Source: Vicinamibacteria bacterium
GTDB taxonomy: Bacteria > Acidobacteriota > Vicinamibacteria > Marinacidobacterales > Marinacidobacteraceae
DNA: 64,000 nt
Assembly: GCA_963422395.1 (NCBI GenBank)
Contig: OY729431.1
Span: 1,408,001-1,472,000, forward strand
Direction: 5' to 3'
The notes below the pieces were generated by a model. The model was given only the letters and a program-made list of their open reading frames with translations, was not told the DNA's origin and did no database searches. Position 1 is the first letter of the stretch. Every line of letters begins with the position of its first letter. The translations under genes were made by a program, and so were the position numbers. Of this stretch, positions 29,447 to 38,838 are shown piece after piece.

Positions 29447-29932
29447 CTACCGGCCCCGCTGTTCGCCAGGATAGGCGTACACCAGACCCACGCGGTCGAA
29501 ACCCGCCCGCTTCATCGTGTCGATAACCTCGATGACCTGTCCGTATTCTAGCGAGGCATCCCCTTGCAGATAGCCCTCCCGGGCGCCTTCGAATTCCACG
29601 ATTTCACGCAGCCGATCCTCGAGCAGAACGGGGTTGACGGCCCGCTCGCCGACGAAGGTCCGGCCCTCCGCGTCCACCGTCACGATCACCCGTTCGGTGG
29701 CTTCGGCGGAGCGCATTCGGGCAGTCGGCAGGTCCACCTGGAGCGAACGCACGAGGAGCGGTGCGGTCACCATGAAGATGATGAGGAGGACTAGAACCAC
29801 ATCCACGAAGGGGGTCACATTGATCTCGGAGAGCGTTCCCGGTCCGCCCGCCGTGCGCCGTGCCGAAAGCCGGGCGAGCGCAGAACCCCCGCCAGCACCG
29901 CCGGACGGAGACTCCCCGATCGGGCCGACCAT
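29447..29932 (-). CDS. tolR: TolR/ExbD
   Basis: SEINVTPFVDVVLVLLIIFMVTAP. Confidence 0.92.
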   Translation of the reverse strand: MVGPIGESPSGGAGGGSALARLSARRTAGGPGTLSEINVTPFVDVVLVLLIIFMVTAPLLVRSLQVDLPTARMRSAEATERVIVTVDAEGRTFVGERAVNPVLLEDRLREIVEFEGAREGYLQGDASLEYGQVIEVIDTMKRAGFDRVGLVYAYPGEQRGR

Positions 29933-30035
29933 TCGTCAACAGCCGGGCATCAGAAGCCGAGGATCAGGAGCTGGCCGCGAAGTCCGCAGCCGCGAATACC
30001 CGGTTCTGCCAGCGGAACGCTGTTTCCACCGGAGG

Positions 30036-30824
30036 TCAACGGGTCAAGTGGCGTTCGAGCATGGTCACATATTCCATGGAGAACTCGTCCATGCTGGTTC
30101 CGATGCGCCGGATACGGGCCAGAAAGCCGTTGTAGGCGATCACCGCGGGGATCGCGGCGGCGAGGCCGGCGGCGGTGGCGATCAGCGCTTCGGAGACCCC
30201 CGGCGCCACTACGCTGATGTTCGCCGCCTGGGTGACCGCGATGTCCTGAAAGGCGTTCATGATCCCCCAGACGGTGCCGAAAAGGCCGATGAACGGAGTG
30301 GCGCCTCCCGTGGTTGCGAGGAAGGTCATCCGCTGTTCGAGGTGCGCCGTCTCCGCCGAAGAAGCCCGAAGCAGAGAGCGTGCCACCGCCTCCATGTTGG
30401 ATATCCGGAGCCGCCCCCCCTCCTCGCTGTCGGCACGCGACTGGTAGCGCACCTCCTGATACCCCGCAGTGAACAGGCGGGCGAGCGGGCTGTCCGGATC
30501 TCGGCTCGCCGACTCCACGACATCGGAGAAACGCCTGACCGACCGAAACTGCCGGAGGAACGCGGCCGAAGCGAGCTCGGCTCTCCGCAGGCGGCGCGAT
30601 TTCGTCAGAATTATGGCCCAGGAAACGAGACTGAACACCAGTAGGGTCAGCAGGACCAACCACGAAACGGGGCCCGCTTCGACGACCATTGCGAGGAAGC
30701 TTTCAGAGCCGAACATCCCGCTTCCCGATCCGATATCCACTGCCGTGACCGCTTCGTTCACAGCCTCTGGCTCGACTTCTCGGCCCGGCGGGGTCTGCCC
30801 GCCGAATGTCGACAGGCTGAGCAT
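30036..30824 (-). CDS. tolQ: TolQ/ExbB (start uncertain)
   Basis: TPFIGLFGTVWGIMNAF, VAPGVSEALIATAAGL. Confidence 0.92.
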   Translation of the reverse strand: MLSLSTFGGQTPPGREVEPEAVNEAVTAVDIGSGSGMFGSESFLAMVVEAGPVSWLVLLTLLVFSLVSWAIILTKSRRLRRAELASAAFLRQFRSVRRFSDVVESASRDPDSPLARLFTAGYQEVRYQSRADSEEGGRLRISNMEAVARSLLRASSAETAHLEQRMTFLATTGGATPFIGLFGTVWGIMNAFQDIAVTQAANISVVAPGVSEALIATAAGLAAAIPAVIAYNGFLARIRRIGTSMDEFSMEYVTMLERHLTR

Positions 30825-30985
30825 CAGGAGAGGGAGAGAAAGCGCGAAGGCACGGACCCAAGGGAGCAAAACCGGGCGCCGAGGGAACACGAGCGAATCG
30901 AAAGACCCAACATATAGTAGTCCATGGGGGGCAGGACCACTACCGGTTGGGGTTCGGCCTCGCGGCGAGGACGGAGAGACCGCCG

Positions 30986-32851
30986 ATGCTTGATTGGCTC
31001 CGGGCGCGGAACGTGGCACTGCTCCGGGATGTTTCGCTGGAATTCGGGGACGGCCTGAATGTGGTCACCGGCGAGACGGGAGTCGGGAAAAGCGTTCTGC
31101 TGGAAGCTCTCGGACTCGTCTTGGGGGGGCGGGGCCGGGGACAGCTCGTCGGACCGGCGGCAGCTCGCGCAGTTGTCGAGGCCGGCTTCTCGGCGGGGTC
31201 CGGAGAAGCCGTCGAGAACCGACTCCTGACCCGCGCGCTCGCCGCTGCCGAACTCGAAAGCGACGGCGTCGAGGCCGACGAGGTCATCGTGCGCCGGGAA
31301 CTCCGTCCCGGAACCGGTGGACGCTCGCTCGGAAATCGAACCTCGATCAACGGGGAGGCGGTCCCGGTGGCTGCCCTCCGGCGCATCGGGCTCCGGCTCG
31401 CAGAGATCCACAGCCAGGGAGAACACCTCGCTCTGTTCGAACCCGGCGCTGCGCGGGAAGCCGTGGATGCGGGCGGGGGGCATCGGCCGCTCCTCCAGAA
31501 GGTGAGCGCCGCCTGGCGAAGGTTCCGGGACGCGGGGCGTCTCCGCGACGCGCTCGATGCGGATTACCGCCGTACCGGAAGCGAGCGCTCGAGGATGGAA
31601 CGCGCTCTGGAGGAAATCGAGCGCGCCGCTCCGGAACCGGGAGAAGGCGCGGCACTCCTCGCCGAGCGCCGGACCCTGAGCGAGGCCGAACGACTGTCCG
31701 GACTGCTCGACGCTGCGTACCAGGCGCTCTACGGAGCGGAGTACGCGGCGGGAGCCCGATTGGGGGCGGCGCTGCGGGCGCTCGAGGAGGCGGCGCAGCT
31801 CGACCCGCGCACTGCGGGACTGTTGGAAGGTCGGCCCGACCTGATCGCGGAAGTCGAAGATCTGGCCGCGACGGTCCGGGACCGAAGGGAGGAAGTCCGG
31901 TCGGCTCCGGAACGGCTCGCCTGGATAGAGGAGCGTCTGGCCCTGCTTCGGGGTCTCGAACGCCGCCATGCCGGAGGCTCCGACGGAGCCGACCCTCTCC
32001 TCGCGTGCGCCGAGGAAATGCGGGAGGCGCTCTCGCGGCTATCGGACCAGCACCAGGCGCGCCGCCGCGCCGCCGCGGAAGCCGAAGCCGCTGCCGCCGA
32101 GTATCGAGAGCTCGCCGGGGAGCTCACCGAAGCGCGCCGCCGCGCCGCCGCCGAACTTCGCCGCGGCATCCAGGCAGAGCTCGCCGGTCTCGGGATTCCG
32201 GGCGCCCGCTTCGCTATCCGGATCGAGCCGCTCGCCGGCGCCCCCCGAAGCGTAAGAGACGGTTCCGGCCAGAGCGCTCCAGCCGGGGATTCCGACCCCG
32301 GAGATCCGGAAACCAGCGGCTTCCGCGAGCACGGAACCGACCGCATCGAGTTCCGGTTCAGCGCCAACCCCGAGATGGAGCCGGCGCCCATGGGGCAGGT
32401 GGTCTCGGGCGGGGAATCTTCTCGATTCTTCCTCGCGCTCAAGGCCGCGGGAGCGGGGAAGGGGGGCCCGCCCACGATCATCTTCGATGAGGCCGACCAG
32501 GGGGTCTCGGGCCGAATCGCCGATGCAGTGGGGCGCCGCCTGGCGCGTCTCGCGGAGTCGCGGCAAGTGGTCTGCGTGACCCATCTTCCGCAGGTAGCCG
32601 CCCTCGGAAGGATCCATCTGGTCGTCGAGAAACTAGAATCCGATGGCTCGATCCGGATTCGTTCCCTGGAGGGAAGGGGCCGGGTCGAGGAAATCGCCCG
32701 AATGCTCGCCGGTCCCGTGGTCACCGAGAGCGCCCGCCGCCACGCACGCGAGCTCCTCGCCGGCGCCCCACGAATTTCCCAATCGACTTCCCAATCGACT
32801 TCCCAATCGACTTCCCAATCGACTTCCCAGCCGCCCTCCGGCCGGCCATGA
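30986..32851 (+). CDS. recN: DNA repair protein RecN
   Basis: TGETGVGKS, IHSQGEH, SGGESSR, IFDEAD, VTHLPQVAA, EIARMLAG. Confidence 0.93.
   Translation: MLDWLRARNVALLRDVSLEFGDGLNVVTGETGVGKSVLLEALGLVLGGRGRGQLVGPAAARAVVEAGFSAGSGEAVENRLLTRALAAAELESDGVEADEVIVRRELRPGTGGRSLGNRTSINGEAVPVAALRRIGLRLAEIHSQGEHLALFEPGAAREAVDAGGGHRPLLQKVSAAWRRFRDAGRLRDALDADYRRTGSERSRMERALEEIERAAPEPGEGAALLAERRTLSEAERLSGLLDAAYQALYGAEYAAGARLGAALRALEEAAQLDPRTAGLLEGRPDLIAEVEDLAATVRDRREEVRSAPERLAWIEERLALLRGLERRHAGGSDGADPLLACAEEMREALSRLSDQHQARRRAAAEAEAAAAEYRELAGELTEARRRAAAELRRGIQAELAGLGIPGARFAIRIEPLAGAPRSVRDGSGQSAPAGDSDPGDPETSGFREHGTDRIEFRFSANPEMEPAPMGQVVSGGESSRFFLALKAAGAGKGGPPTIIFDEADQGVSGRIADAVGRRLARLAESRQVVCVTHLPQVAALGRIHLVVEKLESDGSIRIRSLEGRGRVEEIARMLAGPVVTESARRHARELLAGAPRISQSTSQSTSQSTSQSTSQPPSGRP
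32776..32829 (+). repeat. 12-bp tandem repeat (ttcccaatcgac) x4.5 encoding SQST repeats
   Basis: Directly visible at the 3' end of recN. Confidence 0.95.
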
Positions 32852-34392
32852 CGCTGCCGCCGTTGCCCACCGCGCTTTCGCTGGCCGAAGCAGCGGACAC
32901 GCGCTCTCCTCGAGCGCAGGGCCTCCGCTTCCGGATCGAGACTTGGGGATGTCCGATGAATGTCCACGATTCGGAGAAGATGACCGCGGCGCTCGGAAGC
33001 CTCGGCTGCCGGCCGGCCGGAGCCGGTTTCGGGAGCCGGGAGTCCGCCGAATCCGCCGAAATCGTGGTGCTGAACACCTGTTCGGTGCGCGAAAAAGCCC
33101 AGGAGAAGGTCTTTTCGCGCGTTGCGCAACTGATGGCCGGGAGGAAGGGGCGCCCGCGCTTCATCGGAGTGGCGGGCTGCGTGGCCCAGCAAGAGGGCGC
33201 CTCGATCTTCAGCCGCGCCCCCGCCGTTGACTTCGTGCTCGGTACCCAGAGCATCGTCCGGCTGCCCAAGATCGTGCAGCGGCTGCTCGCTGGCGAATCG
33301 CGGATCGTGGAAACGGGCCGGCATCCGGAGAACCTGGACATACCGCCGGAGCAGATCGAGCGGATCCCGGGAGTCAAGGCCTACATCACCATCATGGAGG
33401 GTTGCGACAACTTCTGCTCGTTCTGCGTCGTCCCCTTCACCCGCGGCCGGGAGCGGTGCCGCCCGGTATCCGCCATCGTGCGGGAAGCCGAGTCGCTGGC
33501 CGGCGCCGGGTTTCGGGAGATCCAGCTGCTCGGGCAGAATGTGAACTCCTATCGCGATCCCGAAGACGGGCGGAGGTTTCCCGAATTGACCGATGCGGTC
33601 GGCGCGGTTCCGGGCATCCGCCGCATCCGGTTTACGAGCCCCCATCCGAAGGACTTCAGCGAAGGACTGATGGACCGCTTCGCCGCCGGCGGCCCGTTGA
33701 TGCCGCACATGCACTTGCCGGCGCAGTCGGGTTCCACCAGCGTGCTCGGGCGGATGCGGCGCGGCTATGGCCGCCGGGACTTTCTTCGCCTCGTGGAGAG
33801 GGCGCGGAAGAAGATGCCGGAGCTCGCCCTGTCCACCGACCTCATCGTGGGGTTCTGCGGAGAGACCCGCAGCGAATTCGAGGACACCCTGACGCTCCTC
33901 GACGCGGTGCGGTTCTCTTCGGCCTATTCCTTCAAGTACTCCGAACGCCCGCACACGCTCGCCTCGAAACGGCTGCCCGACGATGTTCCAGAAGCGGAGA
34001 AGACCGAGCGTCTCATCGAGCTGCAGGAGCGGCAGCGGGACATCCAGCTCGGTCTCAACCGCCAGCTGGTCGGAAAGGAGGTCGAGGTCCTCATCGAAGG
34101 ACCGAGCCGCCGCGGCGGACAGCTCGCCGGACGGAGCCCCGACAACCGCGTGGTGAACTTTCCCGGGCCGGAGGAAGCCATCGGCACCTTCAGCCGGGTC
34201 GCCATCACCGGCTACGGGCCGAACAGCCTGCTCGGTGCGTTGTTGGAGCTTCCTGCACCCCGCGCCGGATTCGCCTCCGACTCGGGGAAAGGCCTCTGTG
34301 CCCCCGAAATACCACTCCCGGTGATCTCCTCGGGAGCGGCTCCCGTTCTGCCCGGCGCCGGAGCCGGTCCGATACCCGCTCCGGAGCAGTGA
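32848..34392 (+). CDS. miaB: tRNA methylthiotransferase MiaB
   Basis: TWGCPMNVHDSE, NTCSVREKA, GCDNFCSFCVVP, LLGQNVNSY, TRAM domain. Confidence 0.95.
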   Translation: MTLPPLPTALSLAEAADTRSPRAQGLRFRIETWGCPMNVHDSEKMTAALGSLGCRPAGAGFGSRESAESAEIVVLNTCSVREKAQEKVFSRVAQLMAGRKGRPRFIGVAGCVAQQEGASIFSRAPAVDFVLGTQSIVRLPKIVQRLLAGESRIVETGRHPENLDIPPEQIERIPGVKAYITIMEGCDNFCSFCVVPFTRGRERCRPVSAIVREAESLAGAGFREIQLLGQNVNSYRDPEDGRRFPELTDAVGAVPGIRRIRFTSPHPKDFSEGLMDRFAAGGPLMPHMHLPAQSGSTSVLGRMRRGYGRRDFLRLVERARKKMPELALSTDLIVGFCGETRSEFEDTLTLLDAVRFSSAYSFKYSERPHTLASKRLPDDVPEAEKTERLIELQERQRDIQLGLNRQLVGKEVEVLIEGPSRRGGQLAGRSPDNRVVNFPGPEEAIGTFSRVAITGYGPNSLLGALLELPAPRAGFASDSGKGLCAPEIPLPVISSGAAPVLPGAGAGPIPAPEQ

Positions 34393-34403
34393 GGAGCCGA
34401 CCC

Positions 34404-34904
34404 ATGGAGATCGAGATGAGCATCAAGGCCATCCTCATGGTGCCCCGCACGAGTGCCGCGGTGGTGATGCTCAAGGAGGAGGCCGGAGACCGGGAAGTGC
34501 CGATCTGGGTCGGCCCCATGGAAGTCCGCGCCATCGGACTCCAGATCGAGAACTATGAACCGCCCCGGCCGTTCACCCATGATCTGATCCGGGAACTGCT
34601 GCGCGAGATGGATGCTCGGGTCACCAAGGTGGTGATCCACGATGTGCAGGACAACACCTTCTACGCCCATGTGCATATCGAGCGGAAGCGGCAGCGGATG
34701 GCAGTGGACGCGCGTCCGAGCGACGCGATCGCCCTCGCGCTGCGTACCCGCGCTCCCATCTTCGTGCACTCCCGGGTGATCGAGCGGGGGGCCAAGAGCG
34801 CCGAAGAACTCATGGCCGAGGATGTCGAGCCGCCCGAGGACAGCGAAGAGTTGGCCGACTGGCTGGAATCCCTCGACGAGGAAGATCTTGGCGACGCGCA
34901 CTGA
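34404..34904 (+). CDS. Bifunctional nuclease family (DUF151)
   Basis: PIWVG..E, PRPFTHDL, DARPSDAIALALR. Confidence 0.92.
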   Translation: MEIEMSIKAILMVPRTSAAVVMLKEEAGDREVPIWVGPMEVRAIGLQIENYEPPRPFTHDLIRELLREMDARVTKVVIHDVQDNTFYAHVHIERKRQRMAVDARPSDAIALALRTRAPIFVHSRVIERGAKSAEELMAEDVEPPEDSEELADWLESLDEEDLGDAH

Positions 34905-34923
34905 GGATTCGGAGACCGCGCGG

Positions 34924-35700
34924 ATGGGTGCCACCATCACCGTCGCCAACCAGAAGGGCGGGGTGGCGAAGACCACGACTGCGGTCAACCTCGCGGCGGC
35001 GCTGGCGGAAGCCGGGCACCGTACTCTGCTCGTGGATGTGGACCCCCAGGCGAATGCCTCGGTGAGCTTTCTCGGGCGGGATTCCGCCGAGGAATCCCTC
35101 TTCGATGCACTGACCGGAGAGGCGCGGTTCAGTGAAATCATCCGCCCCGCGCCGGTCGAACGCCTCTCGGTGGCGCCCGCCCGCATCTCGCTGGCCAAAC
35201 TGGAACGCCAGCTGCTCGGGGACATGGACGCCCACTACCGCTTGCGCGATCGAATCCAGCATGTCCGGGAGCAGTTCGATTTCGTGGTGATCGATACGCC
35301 CCCCACCCTCGGGCTGCTCACCGTGAACGCGCTCGTGGCGAGCGACTATCTGCTGCTTCCGCTGCCGCCGAGCTTCTATGCACTCGAGGGAGCGGACGAC
35401 CTGCTGGACACCCTGGAACAGATCCGCCGCCGGCCGAACCCCGACCTGACCCTCCTCGGAGTGCTGATCACCATGGTGGACAAGCGCACGCGGATCTCCC
35501 GAGATGCGGTCCGACGCATCCGCCGCCATTTCGACCGGGTCGTGTTCCGAACCATGATCCACCGGAATGTGCGGCTCGAAGAAAGTCCCGCCTTTCAGGA
35601 GTCCATCTTCGCTTTCGCCCCGACCTCCCGGGGCGCCGAGGACTACCGGAGTCTCTCGGAGGAGGTTCTCACTCGTGTCCAAGCGAACCGGCCTTCCTGA
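34924..35700 (+). CDS. parA: ParA/Soj ATPase
   Basis: NQKGGVAKTTT, DVDPQANAS, IDTPPTLG, NVRLEESP. Confidence 0.93.
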   Translation: MGATITVANQKGGVAKTTTAVNLAAALAEAGHRTLLVDVDPQANASVSFLGRDSAEESLFDALTGEARFSEIIRPAPVERLSVAPARISLAKLERQLLGDMDAHYRLRDRIQHVREQFDFVVIDTPPTLGLLTVNALVASDYLLLPLPPSFYALEGADDLLDTLEQIRRRPNPDLTLLGVLITMVDKRTRISRDAVRRIRRHFDRVVFRTMIHRNVRLEESPAFQESIFAFAPTSRGAEDYRSLSEEVLTRVQANRPS

Positions 35701-36574
35701 AGCTGTCGGCCTGCGGCCCCGAGAACGCCACTATGTGGCTGGGCTCGCTCCCGAAGAGCCTGGCGCCCGACAGCGGATGATTCCGACCGCGCAGATCCAC
35801 CCGAACCCCGAGCAGCCGCGCCAGCGCATCGGGGCGCTGGATCCGCTCGCCACCTCGATTCGCGATCAGGGTGTGCTGCAGCCGATCCTGGTGCGCCGCC
35901 TCGGCCCCAAGGATTTCCAGATCATCGCCGGCGAGCGCCGCTACCGGGCAGCGGTGCTGGCCGGACTTCGCGAAGTGCCGTGTGTGGAGCGGGAGGCCAG
36001 CGCCGGGCAATCGCTGGAGCTCGCGCTGGTCGAGAATGTCCTGCGGGATGACCTGTCCCCTTTCGAGGAAGCGGCTGCGTACGAGGGGTTGATCCGCGAA
36101 CACGGACACACTCATGAATCGCTGGCGCGGCGGGTGGGGAAACCGCGGACTTCGATCACCGAGACGCTCGCGCTATTGAACATCCCGCAAGAGATCCGCG
36201 AACTCTGCTGGGCCGCCGGCCTCCACTCCCGGCGGCAGCTGCTGCGAGTCGCCCGGGAGCCGAACGCCGAAGCGATGGCGAATCGGGCCCAGCGGATCGC
36301 CCGGGGGTTGGAAGATCGGACACCGCCGCGCCGAAGGGCCTCCGAAACGCGAGCCCGTCCTTTCGTGTTCCGGTACGCCCCCAAAGGGGGACCGTTCCGG
36401 TTGCAGATGACCTTCCGCCGGAGCGATGTCGAAGAGACCGAGGTCGTGGAGGCGTTGCGTGACTTGTTGCGGCAGTTGGAATCCTCGAAAAAAGAAGGGA
36501 CACCCGATTCTGCTCCGAAAGCCGATGTCGGCGTGCCGACATCAGATGCAAGCGGTTCTAAATCAAGGACTTAG
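35675..36574 (+). CDS. parB: ParB/Spo0J partition protein
   Basis: PNPEQPR, GVLQPILVR, IIAGERRYRA, ALVENVLRDDLSPFEEA. Confidence 0.93.
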   Translation: MSKRTGLPEAVGLRPRERHYVAGLAPEEPGARQRMIPTAQIHPNPEQPRQRIGALDPLATSIRDQGVLQPILVRRLGPKDFQIIAGERRYRAAVLAGLREVPCVEREASAGQSLELALVENVLRDDLSPFEEAAAYEGLIREHGHTHESLARRVGKPRTSITETLALLNIPQEIRELCWAAGLHSRRQLLRVAREPNAEAMANRAQRIARGLEDRTPPRRRASETRARPFVFRYAPKGGPFRLQMTFRRSDVEETEVVEALRDLLRQLESSKKEGTPDSAPKADVGVPTSDASGSKSRT

Positions 36575-36662
36575 CTATCTAAACAGTGCACTGTCAACCC
36601 ATCCTAAAATGGCCCATCTCCTCCCGTCGGCACTTCCGGCGCCGGCTACAATAAGGTTGCTC

Positions 36663-37250
36663 ATGCGACAGACCTCCGCTTCCGTCTCTCTGCTACCGGC
36701 CGGCGTTGCCCTGGCGCTGGCGTTGGGCGCCTCCCCGACGCTGGCAAGTGCCCAGGGCACCGACACGCCGACTGTCCGGGTCGGAGATCCAGCTCCGGAT
36801 TTCACTCTCGAGGATGCCCGCGGCGTCTCCTATCGGCTGTCCGAGATGGTGAAGAATGGACCCGTCGTACTCGAATTCTTCCGTAGTGGTGATTGGTGAC
36901 CTTTCTGCATCGCGCAACTCGGCGAGTTGCAAGAGTCACTGGATCACTTCCGAGAGGCCGGAGCTGCGGTGCTCGGGATCTCGAAGTACGGGGCGGGGGA
37001 CACTCTCGCTTGGCTTTCGAAGCACGACTGGACCTTCCCGATCCTGGTGGACGGCGGCCCGGTCATCCGCCGCTACGGCATACCCAACCCGGACCATGAG
37101 GGCACCGATCGCCAAGGCATCCCGCATCCGGCGACCATCATCGTGGACCGAGACGGGATCGTGCGTTTCGTGAATATCTGGGTGAACTACCGCAATCGGA
37201 CATCTCCCGACGATATCCTCGCCGAGCTCGCCCGGCTCGCAGGCTCCTGA
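36663..37250 (+). CDS. Exported AhpC/TSA peroxiredoxin-like protein, probable selenoprotein (UxxC; TGA 36897-36899)
   Basis: Signal peptide; VGDPAPDFTL...VVLEFFRSGDW-U-PFCIAQL...PATIIVDRDGIVRF; hairpin gcaactc-ggc-gagttgc at 36914-36930. Confidence 0.9.
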
Positions 37251-37263
37251 GAGGCCCACCACC

Positions 37264-37821
37264 ATGTCTCGTTTTCTCCGTAATCAACTGTTGGCAGGAT
37301 CGTTCGCTCTGCCTGCCGCCGGTGCGCTCGCAGTCCAGGTTCCCGTCATTCCCGACTGGGGGAATGCTGCTCGATTCGAACTCGTGGCATCTCAGATGCC
37401 GGTGCGGCCCGGGGACCGGTTCGAGGTCGCGGTGGTCGCCGAGCTCGATGCTGGGTATCACCTCTACGGGCCCGAAGAGGCGCCGCCAACAGCCACCGTA
37501 GTGGAATTCCTCGGCGGAGACGCCTTCGAGAGCGACGCCCCGGACTACCCCGAGCCGATCCGCCGGGACCTGTCCGGGCTCGGAGAGTACGATCTTTACG
37601 AGGGGACGGTGGCGATCCGGATTCCGGTCACTTCCGTCGTGAGGGGCGGTCGGTCCGCGAAAGCCGAAGTGTTGGTGCGCTATCAACTGTGCACCGACGA
37701 TGCTTGTAGTGCTCCCACGAGTGCGACTCTGGGGATCGAGATCCCGGTAGCGGAAAAGGGCGCGCCGGTGGAGAATCTGCACCCGGAGGTTTTCGAGGCG
37801 CCGCAGGGAGCGAACCGATGA
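37264..37821 (+). CDS. Stand-alone DsbD N-terminal-domain protein
   Basis: Signal peptide; GYHLY, YEG, YQLCTDDACSAP. Confidence 0.82.
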   Translation: MSRFLRNQLLAGSFALPAAGALAVQVPVIPDWGNAARFELVASQMPVRPGDRFEVAVVAELDAGYHLYGPEEAPPTATVVEFLGGDAFESDAPDYPEPIRRDLSGLGEYDLYEGTVAIRIPVTSVVRGGRSAKAEVLVRYQLCTDDACSAPTSATLGIEIPVAEKGAPVENLHPEVFEAPQGANR

Positions 37822-38303
37822 GCAGAGTGGTTCACACCTGCCACGCCCGCGTGGTGAAGCAGGCGGGTCCGGTTCGGGAGGCGTTCCTCGAAAATTTCGA
37901 GACACCGGTGCGCTTCGGAATCCACAGCGGGATCGCAGACTTCTATGGGGTGAGCCCGGCGGAGGAGCTGCCCGCTACTCTCGATTATGTGGTCGCTGCG
38001 ACCGGTGGTTGAATGGTCGGGACCTTCGGGCGGGCACTCGAAGCACGCGGAATTCCCAGCCAGCCGGGTCGGCTCTTCGCCGAGGTAGAAGGGGACATCG
38101 TGGACGAGGATGGAGTGATGGCGCTGCGCGCGCTGCGGATTCACTACCGGGTTTCCATTCCGCCCGGAAAAAAGGAAGAGGCGGAACGGGCGCTTCATTT
38201 CCACGAACGACGCTGCCCGCTGGCCAATACCCTTCGAGGGGTGGTGGAGCTCAGCTGCACCGCCGAGTTCTCCGAGCTGGAAGTCTCTGATCCCGCGCTC
38301 TGA
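37818..38303 (+). CDS. OsmC-like protein, probable selenoprotein (TGA 38010-38012)
   Basis: TLDYVVAATGG-U-MVGTFGRALEARG...HERRCPLANTL; hairpin cttcggg-cgggca-ctcgaag at 38024-38043. Confidence 0.85.
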
Positions 38304-38316
38304 GAGTCGAGCGCCC

Positions 38317-38838
38317 GTGAGCGCAGATCCTTCCGCAGCCGCGCTTCGCGGGCTCATGCAGCGTGCGCCCCAGTTGGTCACCGTGGTGACCGCGAGCGGC
38401 GCGGAGGGGCCGCGTGGGATCACCGTGAGTTCCTTCGTCCCGGTGAGCATGGAACCGCCTCTGGTGCTCGTTTCCATCCAGCGCACCGCGAGAGCCCACG
38501 ACGCGATCTCCGCGGGCCGCTTCCGAGTCCACTTGCTGGCGGCGGATCAGGCCCGGATTTCCCGGCACTTCGCGAAACCGGGACTGGACTCGCAGCAGCA
38601 GTTCGAGGGAACATTTCGGGCAGGGGTCGAAGCGGCGGGGGCAGGGGCGCCCCCGTGGATTCCAGGCTGTATCGGCTGGACGGAATGCCGCACGGTCTCG
38701 AAGTACGCCGAGGGAGATCACACGCTGTTCCTGGGGCGGGTGGTCGAAGGCCGGGTGGAGCGCGGGGATGCGCCGCCGCTCCTGTATCACGACCGCGGCT
38801 ACCGGAAGGTCGGGGAGAGGCTCGATGCAGAAGGCTGA
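38317..38838 (+). CDS. Flavin reductase family protein
   Basis: VTVVT, GITVSSF..VSMEPPLVLV, GDHTLFLG. Confidence 0.92.
   Translation: MSADPSAAALRGLMQRAPQLVTVVTASGAEGPRGITVSSFVPVSMEPPLVLVSIQRTARAHDAISAGRFRVHLLAADQARISRHFAKPGLDSQQQFEGTFRAGVEAAGAGAPPWIPGCIGWTECRTVSKYAEGDHTLFLGRVVEGRVERGDAPPLLYHDRGYRKVGERLDAEG

Noticed and set aside
32776-32829. Possible CRISPR array
   Set aside because: Contiguous 12-bp units with no spacers; no cas genes in the window.
22860-38303. Global TGA recoding (Trp/Gly) or simple pseudogenes as the explanation for in-frame TGAs
   Set aside because: TGA terminates many conserved genes correctly. All four internal TGAs fall at catalytic Cys positions with downstream hairpins.
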